Below are positions 10,941 to 21,135 of a stretch of 64,000 nt of DNA, piece after piece. The stretch is from Alphaproteobacteria bacterium (lineage in GTDB: Bacteria; Pseudomonadota; Alphaproteobacteria; Paracaedibacterales; VGCI01): positions 2,376-66,375 of the forward strand of contig VGEY01000002.1 of assembly GCA_016869075.1 (NCBI GenBank), read 5' to 3'. The notes beneath the pieces were generated by a model, which was given only the letters and a program-made list of their open reading frames with translations, did not search any database and was not told where the DNA came from. The position numbers and the translations under genes were made by a program. The stretch's first letter is position 1; the number at the start of each line of letters is the position of its first letter.

Positions 10941-11246
10941 TTATTCATCTTCTTTTTTGCCAAAGACCTTATTTATATTTCTTTCAATTTTTTCTCCAAT
11001 TTTATGAGCTAAATCTGCTGGAGCATCGACAAACTTACCTCCCTCAAGCCCCCAGGGTTCGACCTTGTCTCCTTGAAGTGTTTTTTCCTCTTTAGGGCGC
11101 GTAGGATCTGCAGGTTGCGCGGTTGCTGTTGTAGTTCCCGGTGTTGCTTCTTCTTTGTCCTTTGGTTGTTCTGCTGCATTAACAGCTCCAACACAAAGAC
11201 TCACAAACAACAAACTTACCACTTTTGAAATAAAAAATTTATTCAT
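10941..11246 (-). CDS. hypothetical secreted protein
   Basis: MNKFFISKVVSLLFVSLCVGAVNA signal peptide with AAGGA RBS; low-complexity mature part. Confidence 0.75.
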   Translation of the reverse strand: MNKFFISKVVSLLFVSLCVGAVNAAEQPKDKEEATPGTTTATAQPADPTRPKEEKTLQGDKVEPWGLEGGKFVDAPADLAHKIGEKIERNINKVFGKKEDE

Positions 11247-11477
11247 GATCAATTCCTTATGTTTTTTATTAATACAACTGTACAATATAATATTGTACAT
11301 GCCTGTTATTATTTTAATATGTGAAATTTATATTAATTTTATCTTATTTCAACATTGTAAAAATATTATACTTATTGTTTAAATTATACACAGCAGAAGA
11401 TTCCTTACCTTCCTTTTAAGCATATCTTAAGAAAATCTAGATATACTTAAGGAAGATTATCAATAGGAGGGAAAAAA

Positions 11478-11894
11478 ATGTTTAAGGGAATTATTTTAGG
11501 TAGTCTTTTAGGGGCTGTTTTCTTTACAACTCTAGCCGAGGCGGGGGAAGCAACTTTGAAAAAACAAAATGCAAAGATCAATCTGGCAAAAAAAAGAAAT
11601 TGTCCTCAGAACTTGGATGGAGACATTGTAGAGCAGTTTGCTGAAGGGTATCCTGAGAATGCAAGTGATCCTCATAATGTACTCGTAAAAGATGATATAC
11701 GCATAAGATCAGCACTTTCTCATGACATAACGATAAGAAGAAAGATACAAGCAGAGCAGGTCCAAAAGGGCGGCAACTGGTCACTGACCAACGAAGCTCC
11801 TTTAAGTGGTGCTCATTCCTCTGTTTGCACCTATACAAATGGGCGTCTTGACAGGGATATTAATACCATTAAGGTCTCTGTGTATCCAAAATAG
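11478..11894 (+). CDS. hypothetical secreted protein
   Basis: AGGAGG RBS; signal peptide ending LAEA; two Cys. Confidence 0.8.
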   Translation: MFKGIILGSLLGAVFFTTLAEAGEATLKKQNAKINLAKKRNCPQNLDGDIVEQFAEGYPENASDPHNVLVKDDIRIRSALSHDITIRRKIQAEQVQKGGNWSLTNEAPLSGAHSSVCTYTNGRLDRDINTIKVSVYPK

Positions 11895-11897
11895 CCA

Positions 11898-11970
11898 TGG
11901 AGCGGGCAAGGGGAATCAAACTCCCGTTGTAGCTTGGGAAGCTTCTGCTCTCCCATCGAGCTTGGCCCGC
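11898..11970 (-). pseudogene. degenerate tRNA-Gly(CCC)
   Basis: Minus strand reads GCGGGCCAAGCTCGATGGGAGAGCAGAAGCTTCCCAAGCTACAACGGGAGTTTGATTCCCCTTGCCCGCTCCA: Gly-type acceptor, CCC anticodon and encoded CCA, but U8>A, T-loop TTTGA and stem mismatches. Confidence 0.85.
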
Positions 11971-12009
11971 AATAGGCATAGCCGCCTTATAAAAATTTTT
12001 CTATTCCAA

Positions 12010-13317
12010 TCAAGCCTGGTCCATGCAAAACTTCTTTCTTTGCATCCATAACCGCATTGGAATCCCTAGAATAAGAATAAGGAGCGAAAGGCCTACCATT
12101 TTAAAGCTTGCTGCCCACAAAGACCATCCCGTAAAAATCAGAGCACTCACCCCAAGAGTAATTTTGTAAAATGTCACCTGACGCTCTTGAATGATCACCT
12201 TCAAATACGCCAAGACAGATACGGTGTAAACAAGGAGAATAAGTGTTACTGCAATCTCAATTACAAAATTAAATTGCTCCATAAGAGTATTTTTTAAAGA
12301 GATAAATAAAAGGGGGACCGAACATAAAGAAGAAATAAGAACCCCCCAATACGGCGTGCCATGGCTTGTTGTTCTTGTAAAGAATTTGGGGAACAATCCA
12401 TCTTGAGCAGCTCCGTAAGGGATACGACCCACAATGATCAAGTACCCATTTAAGGAACCTAAGCACGAGATGATCGCTGCAACGGTAACAGGCGCACCCC
12501 AAGCTCCTCCAAAGATTCGTTCCGCTGCATCTGCATAGGGGGCTTTTGATTGAAGTAAGTCATGAGGCGAGACAACCCCCATCACAACGATGGCGCCCAA
12601 AATATAGACTGCTGCTGCAATAACAGTACCTAAGATGGTTGCACGAGGAACAGTTCGGCAGGCGTCGTACACTTGACCAGCCGGGATTGTTCCAGTCTCT
12701 AAACCCACAAAAGCCCACATTGCTGCTAAAGTCGCTGCATTAAGCGCCATTCCAAAAGATTTATCTGAGACGTTGACGTGTTGGGTAAGAGTTGAAAAAT
12801 CAATAAAATATAGACCAATCAAAGGTAAAATCAACAAGGGGATTACTTTTAAAGCCGTAATACCAAGTTCAGTGCGGCATGTCACTTTCATGCCTGCTAG
12901 ATTAAAAGCAGTCAAAGAAGCTACAATCATAACTTCTAACCAAAAGTGCGTCAGTTGACTTAATCCTCCACACAGGGATGAAATGTAACCAACTGCACCG
13001 ATTGCCAATGCAGGATTACTCATCCACATTAGGACCCAGTATCCCCAACAAACATAGTACCCTACCGTATCTCCAAAGGCCTCTCGCGCATAAAGATAGG
13101 GACCTCCTGTCTTGGCTTGGCGTGAACTCAGATTTGCAAACACCAAAGAGAGAAGAATGGCCCCCAAGGAGGCCATAATCCATCCAGAAATACTAATTAC
13201 CCCATAAATTGCAAGTGTTGCTGGCAGCAAATAAACCCCTGACCCAACCAAATTCCCTGTGACAAGGGAGGTTAAAGGCCAAAGGCCAATTTTATCTTGC
13301 GAAGGCGTCGACGTCAT
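12010..13317 (-). CDS. APC-family amino acid permease (AdiC/PotE/CadB-like)
   Basis: KIGL...GNLVGSGVYLLPA, GGPYLYAREAFG and WAFVGLE motifs; about 12 TM segments. Confidence 0.93.
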   Translation of the reverse strand: MTSTPSQDKIGLWPLTSLVTGNLVGSGVYLLPATLAIYGVISISGWIMASLGAILLSLVFANLSSRQAKTGGPYLYAREAFGDTVGYYVCWGYWVLMWMSNPALAIGAVGYISSLCGGLSQLTHFWLEVMIVASLTAFNLAGMKVTCRTELGITALKVIPLLILPLIGLYFIDFSTLTQHVNVSDKSFGMALNAATLAAMWAFVGLETGTIPAGQVYDACRTVPRATILGTVIAAAVYILGAIVVMGVVSPHDLLQSKAPYADAAERIFGGAWGAPVTVAAIISCLGSLNGYLIIVGRIPYGAAQDGLFPKFFTRTTSHGTPYWGVLISSLCSVPLLFISLKNTLMEQFNFVIEIAVTLILLVYTVSVLAYLKVIIQERQVTFYKITLGVSALIFTGWSLWAASFKMVGLSLLILILGIPMRLWMQRKKFCMDQA

Positions 13318-13392
13318 TTTTTCTCTCCAAATAAAATATAAAACAAAATTTTCCTTTTAAGGAAAAAATATTAAAACTAAGAATTGTCTAAT

Positions 13393-13422
13393 GAAAAAAA
13401 GAATAAGCGCTTAGCTGCGCTT
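13393..13422 (-). terminator. attenuator-like intrinsic terminator overlapping the leader ORF stop codon
   Basis: Minus strand AAGCGC-AGCTAA-GCGCTT then ATTCTTTTTTT. Confidence 0.6.
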
Positions 13423-13554
13423 GAGAAATTTAAAATGACGGTTGGGTTGGCAAGTAGACACAGGGAATGAAAATGCATTCTGCACGAAGGGATGCAGAAA
13501 GAAGCCATCATTGAGAAGTCTGTTTACATAGACAAACATAAAAACTCTTTTCAT
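13411..13554 (-). CDS. putative 47-aa leader peptide MKRVFMFVYVNRLLNDGFFLHPFVQNAFSFPVSTCQPNRHFKFLKRS
   Basis: Open frame translated by hand between a TTGACA hexamer and the permease; the stop codon lies in the terminator loop; alternative ATG at 13539. Confidence 0.55.
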   Translation of the reverse strand: MKRVFMFVYVNRLLNDGFFLHPFVQNAFSFPVSTCQPNRHFKFLKRS

Positions 13555-13580
13555 AAAAATTCACTTACACACTGAATAAA

Positions 13581-13609
13581 TATATGTACATTTATAAATG
13601 GACTGTCAA
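13581..13609 (-). promoter_or_regulatory. putative sigma-70 promoter for the leader/permease
   Basis: Perfect -35 TTGACA (13609-13604) followed by an AT-rich TACATATATT -10-like region. Confidence 0.4.
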
Positions 13610-13627
13610 GAATTTTTGCAGCCCAAA

Positions 13628-15457
13628 CTATCCTTTTTGTTCATCTTTTTCAACAAGATACTCAGAGATTTGTTGATCAAACCACCCCCCACGCCATCGA
13701 GAGCGTAAATTTCTTAATTGCAAAAATGCATCTTCTTTGCTGATCATATTAGTTTCCAACCGATGCGCAATATAATCAAACCGCGCAATTGCACGGACCT
13801 TAGAAGAAAGCGCCCGCTCCATAAGCTCTCCCAAAATTTGCAAACCTTCATCTTCTTTTCCCTGGTTAAGAAGCATTTTTGCGCGCGCAAGATTAAAGGT
13901 TTCCTTGGCACTTCTCTCCTGTGGTGAAGTTTCTCCCTCTAAGAAGGATGTAAGAGTTTCAATATCGTTTGCGGCAATCGCGGCCATTAAAATAAGGGAC
14001 ATCAATTGATTACGTAGAGGCTTCGGATAGCTTTGTAAAAGAGGCTTTGCCATTTGGAAGTGCGAACGCAGATGATTTTGTGGCTTGCAATGCAATCCTA
14101 GGCAAGAAGGATATTGAATTGCTTTTAATATCGACAACCATATCTGTACTTCAGGTTCTTCACGTACCTCTCTTAAAGATTGCTCTGCACCATAGTACCG
14201 ATGCAACAATAAGTTTGCGACCCCTTGCAAAGCTTTGAACACAGATAAATCAGCAATACTTGGGCGCATTTTGGCAAGATGAGTTAGATACCCCAATGCT
14301 TCATTAGCTTCACCCTGACTTAATAACAACCATGCCAATTCTAATTCGCCTGGCCCATGTTGGTCGTGAGGAAGATCTAATAATTCTTGGTTAATTTCTT
14401 CTTTTCTATTTTCCCAATCAAGATCTTGAGCTTGTGCAAAAAAACCCGTCGGCATTGCCCAGGTACGAACTTGCTCACGATCTTCTCGCCGACTGATGGC
14501 TAACCCGTCAGGATGTGTGATTTCTATCCCACCTGGAATGACCTTTACCATAAGATCATCCTTTATTGTTTGAATTCCTACTCCTTGGGGTGCCTCCATA
14601 ATTTTAAAATCAGGAAATTCCTGGCGCGATTCAATACCCCAGCCCACTCGATAGGAAGGAAAGACTACCCATCCATAGCCAGTACGTTGGTCTATGAAAT
14701 GAATTTCCTTTCCTAAAGAGCTGGCCTCAATAATTAATCTATGCACCTGAGATTGAGGAAACTCAATAGATGCCTGGTGAAAAAGGAGTTGAGGTTGAGG
14801 TTTAAAAATGATGCGCCATTTATTATCTTTATAAGCAACCTCAGGTGTGAGCTGATCTTCTACCGTCACTTGTAAAACTAACCCTTCTTGGGTGGGCAAA
14901 ACTTCAATATTTTTAAAACCTAAAGCAGAATGTTCTTCAAATGAAGGAAGCAAAGGATTTGCTTTCTCGTCAAAAACAATCCACCATTTGCTCCCTTCCT
15001 TTAAAACCGCTAAAGCAGAGTTGTTATTTTGCCAATCAAATATTAAGTTGGGTTCGCCTTTGTTTGGTTCTATGAGAATTTTCACGTCAGGTAGATTGCT
15101 ATCTTTTGCTTGGGCAATTTTCGAAAGAGACTCAAGAGCAATTGGTGTAGATATAAACCCTATATAAAAATTGTCGTGAGGCTTTGGTATAAGGAAGAAA
15201 GGAAGAAATGAATATTTTGTCTCAATACGGGTTTGCCCTCCAAAAATGATCGGGGCGCCATATCCCTTTTTCGCTTTGGTAGTCTTTAATTTTTTATGTT
15301 TTGGTCTCTTTTTTTGAGAAGAGTTTTTTACGGATTTAGCAAGTTTTTGATTGTGCTCTTGTCCCCAAGTAGAAAGCATACCTCCTGGAGTGAGGTAACT
15401 CCAAAATATACATCCCACGAGTACTCTTGTAAAATAGCGACCAAACGACATGAGCAT
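13628..15457 (-). CDS. hypothetical exported protein, beta-rich N-terminal half and TPR-like helical C-terminal half
   Basis: Hydrophobic N-terminus, Lys-rich linker, LIFDW...WWIVFD segment and TPR-like helices (ELAWLLLSQGEANEALGYL). Confidence 0.6.
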   Translation of the reverse strand: MLMSFGRYFTRVLVGCIFWSYLTPGGMLSTWGQEHNQKLAKSVKNSSQKKRPKHKKLKTTKAKKGYGAPIIFGGQTRIETKYSFLPFFLIPKPHDNFYIGFISTPIALESLSKIAQAKDSNLPDVKILIEPNKGEPNLIFDWQNNNSALAVLKEGSKWWIVFDEKANPLLPSFEEHSALGFKNIEVLPTQEGLVLQVTVEDQLTPEVAYKDNKWRIIFKPQPQLLFHQASIEFPQSQVHRLIIEASSLGKEIHFIDQRTGYGWVVFPSYRVGWGIESRQEFPDFKIMEAPQGVGIQTIKDDLMVKVIPGGIEITHPDGLAISRREDREQVRTWAMPTGFFAQAQDLDWENRKEEINQELLDLPHDQHGPGELELAWLLLSQGEANEALGYLTHLAKMRPSIADLSVFKALQGVANLLLHRYYGAEQSLREVREEPEVQIWLSILKAIQYPSCLGLHCKPQNHLRSHFQMAKPLLQSYPKPLRNQLMSLILMAAIAANDIETLTSFLEGETSPQERSAKETFNLARAKMLLNQGKEDEGLQILGELMERALSSKVRAIARFDYIAHRLETNMISKEDAFLQLRNLRSRWRGGWFDQQISEYLVEKDEQKG

Positions 15458-15501
15458 TTCATTTTTTTAATAAAACAGTTAAAACCTCACCATGGATGAA
15501 C

Positions 15502-16101
15502 TTACATCGACGTCAAGAGTGAGGTTGCAAAATCCCAATTGACCAAATGATTTAAGAAAGTATCCACGTAGTCTGGGCGTCTATTTTGAAAATCTAAATA
15601 ATAAGCATGTTCCCAAACGTCACATGTTAAGAGCGCTGTCGCACCATGAACCATGGGAAGATCCGCATTCGCCGTTTTCATAATCCGTAAATTTCCTTTT
15701 TCAGCAACTAGCCAAGCCCAGCCACTCCCAAATTGAGTAACAGCGGCTTGCTTGAAATCAGCAGCAAACTTCTCATAGGATCCAAAAGCCTGATCAATCA
15801 AGTCTTTCAAATCCCCTGTGGGAGCCCCACCTCCTTGCGGCTTCATGCAATTCCAAAAAAATGTATGGTTCCATACCTGAGCGGCATTGTTAAACACACC
15901 CATCTTCTCAGGATTTTTTGCTGTTAATTGAATAATTTCTTCCAGAGATTTATCTGCTAAATCAGTATTTTGAATGAGATTATTCAGGTTTGTTACATAA
16001 GCTTGATGATGTTTTCCATGATGAAATGAAAGTGTTTGTGCTGAAATGTGAGGCTCGAGTGCATTAAGTTCATAGGGAAGATTTGGTAGTGTATGAGGCA
16101 T
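15502..16101 (-). CDS. sodB: superoxide dismutase [Fe]
   Basis: HHGKHH, NNAAQVWNH, QFGSGWAW and DVWEHAYY; AAQ signature of the Fe type. Confidence 0.96.
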   Translation of the reverse strand: MPHTLPNLPYELNALEPHISAQTLSFHHGKHHQAYVTNLNNLIQNTDLADKSLEEIIQLTAKNPEKMGVFNNAAQVWNHTFFWNCMKPQGGGAPTGDLKDLIDQAFGSYEKFAADFKQAAVTQFGSGWAWLVAEKGNLRIMKTANADLPMVHGATALLTCDVWEHAYYLDFQNRRPDYVDTFLNHLVNWDFATSLLTSM

Positions 16102-16214
16102 GAATTGTTCTCCTTTATTTTGCTTTTAAGCATTATAAAGGAGAGCTAACGTTAAAGGTACCCCCTTCGTCAAGATGAATTTATAAGGGATAAGCCCTAA
16201 GTAATAATTTTCTT

Positions 16215-16985
16215 CTATCTCAATATTTTAGCGGAGTGAGGATTAGGAAGCGGACGCTTAATTATTTGGCTCAATTTCTCTGGGTGAGCTTTCATGTCCT
16301 TCCATGCTTCCAAATCTGGTAATTGATCTAACTTTGAGCGTTCAAGCCCTGTTGATTGCATTATGCTTTTCACCGCAGTTTCTCTTGTTGGTTTTCGACG
16401 ACCCATTTCTGCATTAAGTTTTACAATTTTATCTTGCCATTCTTTTAGGACCGTCTGTTCAGCGCTTAAAGAGAGTTTATCTCTCTGTGCCTTATTCATT
16501 TTCTCCGTTAGATCTTTCATTTTTTCAATAAGACTTTTCTTTTCCTTTTCCATTGTATTTATCTCACCAGATATTTTTTGATAAGTATAGACAACAGAAG
16601 AAACATCTGCTCCTCCACCCCCAACCGAGTCCCTTAGTTTTAAACCTCGTTCTTCTAGAAGAATAAGATCTAAGCCCCACGGAAATTGCTTTCCCTTTTC
16701 TAAAATTTCAGTAAGAGTTGGTGATGTGTTGTTCAAACGATCTAAGTTATAAACATTCTGCTCAAGAGGAGAAAGGACCGTCATATCTCCCGCACTTTTC
16801 TGTACTTTTCCCTTTACAACCTTTAAAGTTGCTTCCTCTTTTGGTGAAAGAGGCTGTCTTTTACTCAATTTACCATGAATAATTTCAAGAGCAGATGGAG
16901 TCCCAGAGCCCTGTGAAGCCAGGAGACTGCCTTGAAATCCCAATGTAGATATTCCTAACATAAGCAGAATCAAATAATCTTTCAT
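16215..16985 (-). CDS. hypothetical secreted coiled-coil protein
   Basis: Signal peptide ending SLLA; K/E-rich heptads in the middle; GGGAG RBS. Confidence 0.75.
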   Translation of the reverse strand: MKDYLILLMLGISTLGFQGSLLASQGSGTPSALEIIHGKLSKRQPLSPKEEATLKVVKGKVQKSAGDMTVLSPLEQNVYNLDRLNNTSPTLTEILEKGKQFPWGLDLILLEERGLKLRDSVGGGGADVSSVVYTYQKISGEINTMEKEKKSLIEKMKDLTEKMNKAQRDKLSLSAEQTVLKEWQDKIVKLNAEMGRRKPTRETAVKSIMQSTGLERSKLDQLPDLEAWKDMKAHPEKLSQIIKRPLPNPHSAKILR

Positions 16986-17146
16986 CGAAGCAAACTCCCG
17001 AATGTGTTCATTTATGATTTTAAGCTTAAGAAAATATTCTTAAAATTTGGTTATTATTTCATAAATTTTAAAGGAATAATATAAAGCTCCATTCAATAAA
17101 ACTCTTGCGGTACACCCCCTATTCCTCGTAAAACTATATCGAATAA

Positions 17147-18220
<1,074 letters not shown>

Positions 18221-18343
18221 AAAAGTGTTAAAACCCTCTTTTAAATACCCCCAGAGTTTTATATTATAAGAATGGTTTTGTTGTTACTAGGTATGATTAT
18301 AAATTATTGAAATTATGACACTTAACAAGGTTAACCAGCCTGC

Positions 18344-19231
18344 ATGGCAAAGATTAAGTCTTCTGAATTAAAATCTTTCTTTCTTCAACGACCATCCTTA
18401 AAGTATGTTATGGTCTCCCAAGTTCATAACCGACCTTCTCATGGATTTACCCACTTTCCCTTAGGGATGGTTTCTGTTCTCATTGGTGCATTGATTATCT
18501 TTACATTGTCGATTAGGGATAATAAAGCAGTTCAGCATCTTAACTCTTTGCTTTTGGATCTAACTTTTCCTCTCATAGACGGCATTACACAACCTTTTTC
18601 TGCCCTAGACTCCTGGAGCGACACATTTCGAACAAATAAAAGCTTGCGCGAAGAAGTAGCTTTTTTAAGAGAGGAAAATGAACATTTTCAATTTATGATC
18701 CAAGATTTGCGCCAACAGACACGTGACCAACATCAACTGCAACTTTTAACAAACGCACTCCCTGATACCCAAATTGAGCGCCTAACAGCACGTGTTGTTG
18801 GACATGTAAGTGATGGAATGAACACCCAGTTAACAATTAAGGCATCCGAGGAAAATGGAATACTTAAGGGGCAACCAGTCATTACGGCGGATGGAGTCCT
18901 TGGGCGTATCAGCGAGGTGGGGGGGCTTTCTTCCTCTAATGCACGCGTAATGCTTCTTACTGATCTATCTTCGCGTATCCCTGTAGAAATTGAATCAACA
19001 CACGATCATGGAATTATTTCGGGTCAAAATGGGCCTGAATTGCGGCTCATTCATTTAGAAAAATCTGTTAAAGTCAAAGTAGGTGATCGTCTTTTAACTT
19101 CCGGTTATGGCGGTATTTTTCCTCCTGGACTCCCCGTCGCAATTGTTACCCAAGTAACTGATGATACTATTATCGCACGTCCTTTCGTTAAAGAAACACC
19201 CACCTTTGTAACAGTTCTTTTTGGCCTTTAG
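18344..19231 (+). CDS. mreC: rod shape-determining protein MreC
   Basis: TM helix, coiled coil, VMLLTD.SSRIPV and LTSGYGGIFPPGLPV. Confidence 0.95.
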   Translation: MAKIKSSELKSFFLQRPSLKYVMVSQVHNRPSHGFTHFPLGMVSVLIGALIIFTLSIRDNKAVQHLNSLLLDLTFPLIDGITQPFSALDSWSDTFRTNKSLREEVAFLREENEHFQFMIQDLRQQTRDQHQLQLLTNALPDTQIERLTARVVGHVSDGMNTQLTIKASEENGILKGQPVITADGVLGRISEVGGLSSSNARVMLLTDLSSRIPVEIESTHDHGIISGQNGPELRLIHLEKSVKVKVGDRLLTSGYGGIFPPGLPVAIVTQVTDDTIIARPFVKETPTFVTVLFGL

Positions 19232-19282
19232 GTTTATGAGAATTGTCATCCTGATACACTTATTTAGTTGAGAGAGAAGTTT

Positions 19283-19792
19283 ATGATTGATGGCGACCAT
19301 TCAACCTCTAAAAAAGTTTGGAAACATCGACTTCTCATATTTATATTTTTGGTTTCCGTCGTTTGTTTAAACATTCTTCCAGTATGGCAAAGCCTTGGGG
19401 TACAGCCAGTTTTGCTTTTGATTGTTCTCTATCATTGCGCGCTATATAGGCCGGATCTTCTTTCTGTTGAGCAGCTCGTCTTAATTAGCCTCATTCTAGA
19501 TGGAATTTATGCCTATCCCTTGGGATTTTCTGCTGTTAGGTTGCTAACAGAATATACTCTCCTTCTCACACAAAGGAAAATTCTTGGTCACCAAAACTTC
19601 TTGTGGGTATGGGGGGGATTTTGCCTCTTTGCACTTATAGATGGTCTTCTCTATTCAATTCTTATCTCTTGTGTTAAATCTCAATGGACTGGGATTTTTC
19701 CCATTATTCCGAGTATTCTCCTAACCATTGGTTTATACCCTCTCTTAACATGGGCCCTAAACCGCATAATTATGAGACGCCTTTTCACGTGA
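19283..19792 (+). CDS. mreD: rod shape-determining protein MreD
   Basis: Polytopic membrane protein with YRPDLL and D...YPLG motifs, after mreC. Confidence 0.85.
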   Translation: MIDGDHSTSKKVWKHRLLIFIFLVSVVCLNILPVWQSLGVQPVLLLIVLYHCALYRPDLLSVEQLVLISLILDGIYAYPLGFSAVRLLTEYTLLLTQRKILGHQNFLWVWGGFCLFALIDGLLYSILISCVKSQWTGIFPIIPSILLTIGLYPLLTWALNRIIMRRLFT

Positions 19793-19809
19793 GTTTTATA
19801 ATTAAATAA

Positions 19810-21135
19810 CTATCTTTCTGTCATAGAATTGTCTATGGCACGGAGGAAAGGCTTCAGGAAGTAATTCAGCACAGACTTTTGGCCGGTGAGAATATCGACT
19901 TCAACTTGCATACCAGGCATAATTGCATAAAGCCTTCCTTTTTTAGCAAGAACATTTGATTTTGTTTGCAAGAGAACTCGATAGAAAGTTTGTTCTCGCT
20001 TGTCTGTAATAGTATCCGCGCTTATATGCTCAACAGTGGCTTCTAAACCTCCATATGTACTGAAGTCATAAGCGGTTACCTTTATTGTTGCAGTCATACC
20101 AGGACGTATAAAAGCAACATCTGATGGAGCAATTTGAGCCTCCACAATCAAAGTATCGTTTAAAGGCACTATGTCCAACAGAGCTTCGCCAGGCTGAACA
20201 ACGCCCCCAATTGTTCTTACTTTAATATCACGAATTGTCCCTGTAATTGGGGAACGAATTTCTGAACGTGCAACTCGATCTTGATCTGCTGTCTTTGCTC
20301 CTCTCACTTCTGCAAGTCTCCCTTCAATATCACGAAGTTCCTGTAAATCATCCGTACGATATCGAATAAGCACCTGGTCGAGTCGATCTTTAGCCTGTTT
20401 AACGGCTACCGATAGGCGCTTAAGGTTTACTTTTAAAACTCTTAACTGTGCTTTTTGATCAGAATAATCGCGCATAAGTTTAAGATAATCCATCTGTGAA
20501 TATATCTTGTTTTTTGCTAAAGGCGTAATGATTTTAACTTGCTCAGAAGCATATTCATACTGTTCTTTTACCTCATTCATTTTTTCTTTTATTTCATTCA
20601 TTTCTTGCCGCTTCATTTCATAATCTTTTCGAGCGATATTTAAATCATTTTGCTTCTTCAAAAGATTTGAAGCGAAGCGCACACTTTCTTCTTTTGCAAG
20701 ATTTGGGGCATTCATTAAAAGATCCGGACTGGGAGCAAAAGCTTGTTGATTATTAATTTGTGCCTGTAGCCGCTCAGCAGATGCAAGAAACCGATAGTAA
20801 TTTTCTAAACCTTGATAATATTTTGCTTGCGAAATCGTTGTGTCTAACCTGATAAGAATTTGACCAGGTGATACAATTTGATTATCTCGAACTAAAATCT
20901 CTTTGATAATTCCTCCTTCTAAATTGCTTATAGTTTGATTGTGTGTAGAGGAAATGATTTTACCTGTTCCTTTCGTTACTTCATGCAACTGTGAAAAGTG
21001 TGCCCAAATGAAGAAGGCGATAAAAAACATCAAAATAATTTTTTGTGCCAGGTAAGTTTTCTTGTGACCTACACGATAAAAGGCCGCCGCACGCGGGGGT
21101 AAAAATTCTAAGTCTTTTTCAGGAGTTTCACTCAT
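19810..21135 (-). CDS. HlyD-family type I secretion membrane fusion protein
   Basis: ISNLEGGII, IRSPITG, GGVVQPG, KVTAYDFSTYG and PGMQVEVDILTG. Confidence 0.96.
   Translation of the reverse strand: MSETPEKDLEFLPPRAAAFYRVGHKKTYLAQKIILMFFIAFFIWAHFSQLHEVTKGTGKIISSTHNQTISNLEGGIIKEILVRDNQIVSPGQILIRLDTTISQAKYYQGLENYYRFLASAERLQAQINNQQAFAPSPDLLMNAPNLAKEESVRFASNLLKKQNDLNIARKDYEMKRQEMNEIKEKMNEVKEQYEYASEQVKIITPLAKNKIYSQMDYLKLMRDYSDQKAQLRVLKVNLKRLSVAVKQAKDRLDQVLIRYRTDDLQELRDIEGRLAEVRGAKTADQDRVARSEIRSPITGTIRDIKVRTIGGVVQPGEALLDIVPLNDTLIVEAQIAPSDVAFIRPGMTATIKVTAYDFSTYGGLEATVEHISADTITDKREQTFYRVLLQTKSNVLAKKGRLYAIMPGMQVEVDILTGQKSVLNYFLKPFLRAIDNSMTER

Noticed and set aside
11416-11430. CtrA box TTAA-N7-TTAA (another at 18217-18231 between mreB and mreC)
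   Set aside because: Exact matches, but several are expected by chance in 64 kb of AT-rich DNA; conservation data are needed.
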